From Poseidonia sp. (lineage in GTDB: Archaea > Thermoplasmatota > Poseidoniia > Poseidoniales > Poseidoniaceae), in assembly GCA_016779705.1 (NCBI GenBank), contig JADHNB010000003.1, positions 1 through 46,182 of the forward strand: a stretch of 46,182 bases of DNA. Reading direction: 5' to 3'. Under the pieces are notes generated by a model. That model worked only from the letters and a program-made list of their open reading frames with translations. It was not told the DNA's origin and did no database searches. The stretch's first letter is position 1; each line of letters opens with the position of its first letter. Shown here piece by piece: positions 9,452 to 16,455 of the stretch. Both the position numbers and the translations under genes were made by a program.

Positions 9452-10605
9452 GTCCTTTTCAAGGGATTCACCGGTGCCTTTGTCCCTGCGGGAACCGTCG
9501 GCAGGTTTTGCAATTCTTCAAACGATAATTGCTGGGGGTTGACCGCCTCAAACGTGGTGAGTCGTTCGTTCATGCCCATTCGAACGTTGAAGTCAATTCG
9601 CCCCTTCGTCCTGGTTAAATCGTAGGAAAGCGGTTCGAGTTGTTCGATGACTTGCGCTTCGAAATGTTGGCGGACTTTCCCCCCGCGCCACGATGCGTAG
9701 CCCCACCGGTAGGAGATTCCGACCACGGCCGCACCATACAACAGCGTGAGTACCACCGTCGCAAAGAGGATGGGATTGCCACCGACGTCCCGTGCCTCTT
9801 CGAGCAAGTTTCGGCCAAGCAAGAAGACCAGTCCGATGCCAACAACAGGGTTCAACACCCCCTCAAGCCACTGGTTGACCGGGACTAGCCGTCCTTTCGC
9901 CGGGTCAACGAAAACCAAATCAGCCTCAAACGCCGTGTTGAGGACTGACAGAATGGAGAGCAGAATCATGTAGAGGACGGCCGAGACAATGAATTCAATC
10001 GTCCACGAATCGAGGTTTAACACCCAGTGGACGATGAGCCAAGCGAACAAGCCCAAGAACGCCGCTTGGGGTACGTAATTGAAGTGTTCAATGTGTTGTG
10101 AAAATTCCGTGAGGGAACGTTGGGTCGCACGAGAGCCTCGATGAGGTTTCGGTATGTGAATGACCTGCCAATGCATCACGCGTTCGGTTCCCTTGAGCAT
10201 CCAGATCAAGAAATTCCGGCGAATGAGGAGAAATTCCATGAACAACATGAACGGAAATCCAACCAAGATCAACGGCAGCGCCATGATGGCCGAAAGGGGC
10301 AAGATGAGCAACGCTGGAAGCAACAAGAAATGAGAGAGCGTTAGCGGATGCAACAACTCCGCTTCAATCAGCCGTTGTTTGGCCGGTGGGATCCTTAGGT
10401 TGCGCGCAATATCGTCGAGGTTTTGTGAAAACGAGGCGACTTGGTGTCCTGAATCAACAATTTGACGTACGATGGTTCGGTACTCGGAGACTTCGTGGCC
10501 AATGCCGACCCAAAACTGCCAGGCCAGTCGCATGGGCAGGGCCAGGAGAATGGGCAACGCAAGAATGCCAGCGCCCCACAGCAACCCTTGGACATCCGTG
10601 GCCAT
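9448..10605 (-). CDS. Hypothetical multi-pass membrane protein
   Basis: 385-aa ORF with at least 7 hydrophobic helices (e.g. LLWGAGILALPILLALPM, FLLLPALLILPLSAIMALPLILVGFPFMLFMEFLL). No known motif. Its 3' end overlaps the MBL gene by 4 nt in convergent orientation. Confidence 0.6.
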   Translation of the reverse strand: MATDVQGLLWGAGILALPILLALPMRLAWQFWVGIGHEVSEYRTIVRQIVDSGHQVASFSQNLDDIARNLRIPPAKQRLIEAELLHPLTLSHFLLLPALLILPLSAIMALPLILVGFPFMLFMEFLLIRRNFLIWMLKGTERVMHWQVIHIPKPHRGSRATQRSLTEFSQHIEHFNYVPQAAFLGLFAWLIVHWVLNLDSWTIEFIVSAVLYMILLSILSVLNTAFEADLVFVDPAKGRLVPVNQWLEGVLNPVVGIGLVFLLGRNLLEEARDVGGNPILFATVVLTLLYGAAVVGISYRWGYASWRGGKVRQHFEAQVIEQLEPLSYDLTRTKGRIDFNVRMGMNERLTTFEAVNPQQLSFEELQNLPTVPAGTKAPVNPLKRT

Positions 10606-10707
10606 GGTCGTTCCTCAATCCGGGCCACGCCCTAGGGGTTGTTCAAAACAACGGTGAGGAACCGCCCCCATCCCAAGGTTCTAACACCCTCGTGCCGGCC
10701 GCGAAGT

Positions 10708-11691
10708 ATGGCTCGTATCGCCGTAACGGACGGGATGGATAAAAAGGCGGTCATGTTGTTGGAAAAGGCCGGCCATGAAGTCGTTCTTGAGCACTTTTCG
10801 CCAGAGGCACTGGCTTCCGGGGCCCTCTCCGAGTTCGATGCCATCATCATTCGGAGCGCCACCAAACTCACCTCTTCGGTGATTGCCGCTTCCGGGGACC
10901 GGTTGAAAGTCATCGGACGGGCGGGCGTGGGTGTGGACAACATCGATTTGGAAGCGGCTGGCCAACACGGTGTTCACGTGGTGAATGCTCCCCGGGCGAG
11001 CACCCAATCCGTCGTTGAGTTGACCCTTGGACATCTCCTTGCCTGCATCCGACACCTTCCACGGGCTGATCGTTCCATTCGAGCCGGAAAATGGGAAAAA
11101 TCAGCCATGAAAGGCACGGAACTTTCGGGGAAAGCCTTGGGCTTGATCGGCTACGGGCGCATCGCTCAATCGGTGGCTCGTGTCGCCCAAGCCTTTGGAA
11201 TGGAGGTTCATGCCTACGACCCCTACCTTCCCTCCAAAATCGCCAAAGCCCAGGGGACCACCCTCCACAAATCGGTGGACAACCTGTTTGCTTCGTGCAC
11301 CCATATCTCGATTCACTGCAACCTCACCGAAGAAACGTATCATCTGGTCAACGCCGAACGCTTGGCGTCCATGCCTCAAATTGGTGCTGACGGGACCCCT
11401 TGCGGCAATCACGTCATCAACTGCGCCCGCGGTGGTATCGTTGACGAAAGAGCGGTTGTTGAAGCCCTTGAAAACGGGCAACTCACCTCAGCGGCGCTCG
11501 ATGTTTTTGAGCACGAACCCGTTGACCCACTGCACCCTCTGCTCCAAATGGAGCATTTTCACGGAACTCCCCACATCGGGGCCTCCACGTTGGAAGCCCA
11601 GGCTCGCGTTGGGGCTGATATCGTCACCAACGTGATGCAGGTGCTCGAAGGCCAGCCGTGCGACTTTGTTGTCAACCGTTCCTTCTTGTAG
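10708..11691 (+). CDS. serA: D-3-phosphoglycerate dehydrogenase / D-isomer-specific 2-hydroxyacid dehydrogenase (short form, no ACT domain)
   Basis: NAD-binding motif GLIGYGRIAQSVA. Catalytic-domain strings NCARGGIVDE, LDVFEHEP and TPHIGAST. Start chosen at ATG 10708 (MARIAVTDGMD). The ORF-track start 10639 adds a non-homologous leader. Confidence 0.85.
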   Translation: MARIAVTDGMDKKAVMLLEKAGHEVVLEHFSPEALASGALSEFDAIIIRSATKLTSSVIAASGDRLKVIGRAGVGVDNIDLEAAGQHGVHVVNAPRASTQSVVELTLGHLLACIRHLPRADRSIRAGKWEKSAMKGTELSGKALGLIGYGRIAQSVARVAQAFGMEVHAYDPYLPSKIAKAQGTTLHKSVDNLFASCTHISIHCNLTEETYHLVNAERLASMPQIGADGTPCGNHVINCARGGIVDERAVVEALENGQLTSAALDVFEHEPVDPLHPLLQMEHFHGTPHIGASTLEAQARVGADIVTNVMQVLEGQPCDFVVNRSFL

Positions 11692-11755
11692 CACTTTCAC
11701 TTTCCTGCACGGGGTCTTCCCAAAGCACCTCGTCGTCCTTCGCTCTTCGCTGCTT

Positions 11756-12025
11756 ATGGGTCGAAGCGTTCCTCCATGGCGCACACGCGTTGAAGTTGAA
11801 TTGAACCGTTGGCAGGCTTTCCGTCGTGCCCTCTCCACCTCCGACCAAGCCTCGTTTGAACATCTCCTTGACGACATTCGTCAGCGACGTGCAGCCGGCG
11901 GTATGCTCCCGTCGCTTGATGTTTGGCACCCCGCCGTGCTCAGCATGCTGGTGGGATTGATGTCGCGTCTCGGGGAACTGGAGCGGCGGCTTTGTGCACT
12001 TGAGGAAGGGCATTCGGATGATTGA
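11756..12025 (+). CDS. Small helical hypothetical protein (89 aa), translationally coupled to the downstream family-B polymerase
   Basis: The stop TGA (12023-12025) overlaps the polymerase ATG (12018) in the string ATGATTGA. The sequence looks protein-like (WQAFRRALSTSDQASFEHLLDDIRQRR...LGELERRL). No family was recognised. The start at ATG 11756 is an inference. Confidence 0.45.
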   Translation: MGRSVPPWRTRVEVELNRWQAFRRALSTSDQASFEHLLDDIRQRRAAGGMLPSLDVWHPAVLSMLVGLMSRLGELERRLCALEEGHSDD

Positions 12026-14516
12026 GGGTTGGCTTCTCGATGTTCATGCCAACGACGCGCACACCGGGATGGTGGTTTGGGTCGTTGATGATGCAGGTCG
12101 GGCCGCTCGCTGCGATGTCCCGTGGGCCCCTTCGCTTCATGTCCACGGTTCGTCCGTCGACCTTGAACGGTTGGAAGAATGGCTCCTGTTGCCTGAAATA
12201 GCGGCACGCTTCACCGTGGTTGCCTTGGAACGGCGACGTCTGCATCTTGACTTGGACGGTGCCGATGTGGCTTCGGTTCTCGAAGTACGTCTCGAACCCT
12301 TTCATCATCTCAAAGCGCTGGCCGAGCACATTGAAGCGCGAGGTGATTTCCACCGCTACACCTTGTATTCGGTCGACGCCCACCTCGTTCAGCGTTTTCT
12401 TAACGACCACGGCTGCTCGCCTTTCTCCAGGGTGAGATGGGACCCGAAGACCACGCCCATGATTCGTCCCTTGCGTACGATGGACGAAAACGTCCTGCCT
12501 CCGTTGTGCCTTGTTCGCCTCGCGGTTGAGTTTGCCCCCTCCGCCTTTCCCTCCGTGGCCGATGCGGTGGTGGCCATGCATCTTGAAACGGTTCAGGAAC
12601 CCGGAATCCCAGCCACCCCCCGTAGCGTTCAAAGCACAACCCTGCACCGAGACGATTATCCAACGCTTTCGGCGATGTTGGTCGCCTTTGAAGCGACGCT
12701 CAAGCGCTTGGACCCCGATCTCCTTCTCACCTACGGTGGCGACAAACGCCTGTTTCCATGGTTGGTTCATCAATCAGAAGCGTTGGGGCGTTCACTCGTG
12801 CTCGGACGTTCAGCCACGCCGCTCTCTCTGTCCACCAAGGCTCAAACGGTTCGCTCCTACGGTCATACGAGGCACAGGGACGGGGCGTTTTTCCTTGAGG
12901 GGCGGCTTCATTTGGACCTGCGCAACAGTTTCATCGTCAAGGAAGGGGGAGTTGCGGGGTTGTTTGAGTTGGCACAACAATCGTGCCAATCGGCCCAAGT
13001 CATTTCGCGTCTTTCGCCGGGTTCGGTCATCAGCGCCATTCAGATGCGGGTGGCGATGGACGATGACGTGTTGGTTCCGTGGAAGAAGAACCGTCCAGAA
13101 GACACGAAATCAGCTTTGGAACTTCTGCACGCCGACCGTGGTGGTCTGTACCTTGACAGCCGGCCCGGCGTTTATGCTTCCGTCATTGAATTGGATTTTG
13201 CCAGCCTCTTCCCCAGCATCATCGCCACGCGAAACATATCTCCCGAGACCTTGAATTGCGCTTGCTGTCAGCCGTCGGAGGGTCCGAACACGGCCGGGGT
13301 TGTACCGCTCCATCCGGATGAAGCCACCGCTGAGTTTCGCCAGCGATATCATCGTTCACGATTTGGCCACACGTTGTTCCCTCTCTCGCACGAGAAAGCG
13401 CTCAAAGTTCCCGGCCTCCAAAGCCACACTTGCGGTCGAAGGCACGGCTTTCTCGGCCGTGTGGTTGCGCCCCTCATCGAACGCCGTCGACAACTCAAAG
13501 CGCAGCGATGCGAAAAGGGTGATGCGTTTGACTTGCGGCAAAACGCCCTCAAATGGCACCTCGTGACTTGTTTTGGTTACACGGGTTACCGCAACGCCCG
13601 CTTTGGCCGTATTGAGGCCCACGAAGCGATTTGTGCGTGGTCCAGGGACCTCTTGTTGACCACCATCGAAGAGGCTCAACGCGACGGGTGGGAGGTGCTC
13701 CATGCAATCGTCGATTGTGTTTGGCTCGCCGATCGTTCCAATCGGACGGAAGAACAGCAGCGTGTGGATGCCGAACGTTTCGCACGTCGCATCACGGAGC
13801 AGGTTGGCATTCCTTTGGAATTTGAACAGCATTACGAGTTCATTGCGTTTCTTCCAAGTCGGGTTCACGGGGCAGGTTCGCTCACGAAGTATTGGGCGTA
13901 CGGTGGAGGTGACTACAAAGTCCGGGGCATTGAACTCCGGCAACATTCCACGCCCCCGTGGATTTGTTCCCTCCAAGAGCGCGCCCTCCAGTTGTTGGCG
14001 GCGGGCGAACGGACCAACGGCGTGCCGGATCGCCAGGCTCAGCGAGCGGTGTTTATCTTGTATCAAACCGAACTGCAACGATTGAACGACGGCCAACTTC
14101 CCCCCAAGGACTTGGTCATCTCCCGTCGAATCACCTCTTCTCTCGAGGATTATCGAGTCAAGAACCTCTCGTATGCGGCCTTGCTCCGTGCCCATCATCA
14201 AGGTCATCACGTGCCATCTGGGGGAAAAATTCGCTATGTGGTGGTGGACGCTTCGGCAACGGAACCGCTTGACAGGGTGGTTCTCGCTGAGGAAACAGCG
14301 TTCAAGGAAGCGACGGTGACAGGTTGTCCTCTCCACTACACGCGCCTCGCCGAACGGGCCATTTGGGCGATCCTTGCCCCCTTTGGGTGGACGGACAAGG
14401 ACCTTCGTTCAACGAGTCGACAACCCACGCTTCTCGATTTCGTCATCCCTCGTTCTGAAGGGCATGAGAGCGTGCTGAAGCAGGTACCGAACGCCCCTCG
14501 AATTCACGAGGCGTGA
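12018..14516 (+). CDS. polB: Family-B DNA polymerase with degenerate 3'-5' exonuclease motifs and variant polymerase motifs B and C (PolB2/Dpo2-like?)
   Basis: The N-terminus MIEGWLLDV resembles archaeal PolB MILDxDY. Motif A is intact (LDFASLFPSII). Motif B is KWHLVTCFGYTGY (canonical KxxxNSxYG). Motif C is AIVDCVW (canonical YxDTDS). A KxY-like LTKYWAYG is present. The Exo I position reads LAVEF (canonical FDIET) and the Exo II position reads TYGGDKRLFPWL (canonical YNGDNFDxPYL). Confidence 0.9.
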   Translation: MIEGWLLDVHANDAHTGMVVWVVDDAGRAARCDVPWAPSLHVHGSSVDLERLEEWLLLPEIAARFTVVALERRRLHLDLDGADVASVLEVRLEPFHHLKALAEHIEARGDFHRYTLYSVDAHLVQRFLNDHGCSPFSRVRWDPKTTPMIRPLRTMDENVLPPLCLVRLAVEFAPSAFPSVADAVVAMHLETVQEPGIPATPRSVQSTTLHRDDYPTLSAMLVAFEATLKRLDPDLLLTYGGDKRLFPWLVHQSEALGRSLVLGRSATPLSLSTKAQTVRSYGHTRHRDGAFFLEGRLHLDLRNSFIVKEGGVAGLFELAQQSCQSAQVISRLSPGSVISAIQMRVAMDDDVLVPWKKNRPEDTKSALELLHADRGGLYLDSRPGVYASVIELDFASLFPSIIATRNISPETLNCACCQPSEGPNTAGVVPLHPDEATAEFRQRYHRSRFGHTLFPLSHEKALKVPGLQSHTCGRRHGFLGRVVAPLIERRRQLKAQRCEKGDAFDLRQNALKWHLVTCFGYTGYRNARFGRIEAHEAICAWSRDLLLTTIEEAQRDGWEVLHAIVDCVWLADRSNRTEEQQRVDAERFARRITEQVGIPLEFEQHYEFIAFLPSRVHGAGSLTKYWAYGGGDYKVRGIELRQHSTPPWICSLQERALQLLAAGERTNGVPDRQAQRAVFILYQTELQRLNDGQLPPKDLVISRRITSSLEDYRVKNLSYAALLRAHHQGHHVPSGGKIRYVVVDASATEPLDRVVLAEETAFKEATVTGCPLHYTRLAERAIWAILAPFGWTDKDLRSTSRQPTLLDFVIPRSEGHESVLKQVPNAPRIHEA

Positions 14517-15225
14517 GGGTGAACCGCGTCTGCCTTGGGTCGTGGTTGGCGTTCCAGAGCCCGCGCAACCCGGAACGTGGATGATTGAGGTAGAGGGTTC
14601 GTTTTCGTTGCGTTCCTCGCCAGTGCCCCACAAGGTGGTGATGGGCCTGTCGGTGAACCTGTTGGAGGAGGCGGCGCTGATGAACGGACCGTCCGTGGGC
14701 TTCCGTGATCACGACGACAGCGGCTCGATGATCTTGGGCGATCCGGGACAGCAAGGCGACGTGGCGCCGGAGCAAGGTCCTCGATTCAAGACGCTTGATG
14801 GCCTCGTCTTCATGCATGGCCAGCAAACCGTCAACCACGAGCAACGGGGAACGGGTAATCTCCAATTCGTTGGGTAAACGTTCCAGTTGCCGGTCCAGTT
14901 GGTGCAAGGTGAATCCGCGACTCAAGTACAAACGAGAAAGACAGGCCTCCGTATCGGCTCCCAACGATGCGAGGGTTGGGAGGAGCCGAGCGGGGTCAAT
15001 TCTGCAGGCTCCGTCCACCCAATGCACGGTTTCACCGTGGACCAACGCTTCGGCCACCCAGTGTTCGGCGACGGGTCGCATGCTCTTCCCAGCACGACCC
15101 GGCCCGGTGAGGTGGTAAACAAGGCCCGGCTCAGGTCGCAGCAAATCCATGTCAAACCCCTCGTGCTGCTGACGAAGAAGCGGGGCCAAAGGTCGTGGTT
15201 GATTTTGAGAGTCCATGTCAATCAT
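14443..15225 (-). CDS. RecA-superfamily ATPase, RadB-like (RadA paralog) / ImuA-like
   Basis: 260 aa. Walker A is LTGPGRAGKS and Walker B-like is PLLVVDGL. The blocks VHWVDGACRIDPARL, LSRLYLSRGF and LLSRIAQDHRAAVVVITE are collinear with euryarchaeal RadB blocks as I recall them (V.YVDTEG.FSPERL, LSRF.., VVVDS, L..IA....IPV.V.NQ). The 3' end overlaps polB by 74 nt in convergent orientation. Confidence 0.7.
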   Translation of the reverse strand: MIDMDSQNQPRPLAPLLRQQHEGFDMDLLRPEPGLVYHLTGPGRAGKSMRPVAEHWVAEALVHGETVHWVDGACRIDPARLLPTLASLGADTEACLSRLYLSRGFTLHQLDRQLERLPNELEITRSPLLVVDGLLAMHEDEAIKRLESRTLLRRHVALLSRIAQDHRAAVVVITEAHGRSVHQRRLLQQVHRQAHHHLVGHWRGTQRKRTLYLNHPRSGLRGLWNANHDPRQTRFTLTPREFEGRSVPASARSHALQNEG

Positions 15226-15345
15226 TGGAGGTCCCCCACGTCAGCCATCAATCCTTTTGAACACCCCTTGCTTGAAGTGAAAGCCATCAAGTTCAAACAC
15301 CGTTGCCCCCGAAAATTGGGTGTGGATGCTTCCGTCGCCGATGAT

Positions 15346-16455
15346 GTGGATGTGTCTCAACGCATCCTGATCCACTGCGATTTGGATGCGTTTTTCGCTG
15401 CCGTGGAAACCTTGCACCACGGGCTGGACGAAAGCGTACCGCTGATCATCGGCTCCGACCCAAAGCAGGGTCGCGGGCGAGGCATCGTTTCCACGTGCAA
15501 TTACGCCGCCCGTCAATACGGCGTCCGTTCGGCGATGCCGATTTCCGAAGCGTGGCGTCGTTGTCCGGGAGCCCCGTTTGGTCATGCCCGTTACATCCGA
15601 GGGACGCGTGGCTTGTACACTCGGGCCAGTCGGCGAGTGATGGCGATCTTGAAAGCCCATGCAACGGCCTTTGAACAGGCCAGCATCGATGAGGCTTACC
15701 TCGACGTGACCGAGGCGGTCAACGGTGATTGGGATCTGGCGTTGGCGTTGACGAAAAGCTTGCAGCATGACATCGTTGAGGCGTTGGGCCTAACCGCCTC
15801 GTTTGGATTGGGGCCCACTCGAATCATTGCCAAAATGAGCAGCGAGGTGAACAAACCAAACGGCGTTCATCGCGTGCTTCCCGATGAGGTTGAGGCCTTC
15901 TTTGAAGGTCGTTCTCTTCGAGAAATTCCAGGCATCGGTCCCAAGCGGGCGACCCAACTCGCCGAATGGGGGTACACGACCGCTGATGAGTTGCGGGCCC
16001 TGGGGGAACTGTCCCTCGCACGCTTGGCCGGTGAGCGGTTTGCCAGCTGGTTCATGGAGGTGGTCGAAGGCGAAAGCAGTCGGGTCGTCAGTCCATTGAG
16101 GAGTCGAAAGTCCATTGGCAAAGAGCACACCTTTGAGCGGGATTTGGACGACCATGAATACGTGCTCGACCGGTTGGAGGAGCTGGTTGAGTTGGTCATG
16201 AACCGAGCGTCTGAGTTGGGCGTTTCAGGTCGACTGGCGGAGGTGAAGGTTCGGTACACAGGATTTGAGACCCATGCCTCAGGTCGTAGTATACCGGTCG
16301 CCATGGACGACCCAGCTGTGTTCAAGCGACTGGCGAGAACGCTGTTTGCCAACACCATTGACACGGAAAAATCCGTCCGTTTGATCGGGTTTCGTTTGGG
16401 GCATCTCGAAGAACCGTCTTCCCGACAAACCACCCTCTTCAAGGAAGAGGAATGA
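15346..16455 (+). CDS. dinB: Y-family DNA polymerase IV (DinB/Dpo4)
   Basis: Contains ILIHCDLDAFFAAVE, the intact catalytic motif SIDEAYLDVT, and the HhH string REIPGIGPKRATQL. No ATG lies near the conserved N-terminus, so I propose a GTG start at 15346 (alternative GTG 15352). The ORF-track start 14887 (TTG) runs antisense through the RadB-like gene and is rejected. Confidence 0.88.
   Translation: MDVSQRILIHCDLDAFFAAVETLHHGLDESVPLIIGSDPKQGRGRGIVSTCNYAARQYGVRSAMPISEAWRRCPGAPFGHARYIRGTRGLYTRASRRVMAILKAHATAFEQASIDEAYLDVTEAVNGDWDLALALTKSLQHDIVEALGLTASFGLGPTRIIAKMSSEVNKPNGVHRVLPDEVEAFFEGRSLREIPGIGPKRATQLAEWGYTTADELRALGELSLARLAGERFASWFMEVVEGESSRVVSPLRSRKSIGKEHTFERDLDDHEYVLDRLEELVELVMNRASELGVSGRLAEVKVRYTGFETHASGRSIPVAMDDPAVFKRLARTLFANTIDTEKSVRLIGFRLGHLEEPSSRQTTLFKEEE

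Noticed and set aside
13356-14336. 326-aa minus-strand ORF, with a second of 277 aa at 11940..12773
   Set aside because: Both are antisense shadows of the polB CDS, with Arg/Gly/His-rich low-complexity composition and no motifs.
14887-15345. Long N-terminal extension of the DinB ORF (TTG start at 14887)
   Set aside because: The extension is antisense to the RadB-like CDS and has no homology to Y-family polymerases. Conserved DinB N-termini begin only a few residues before the D-x-D-AFFA motif.
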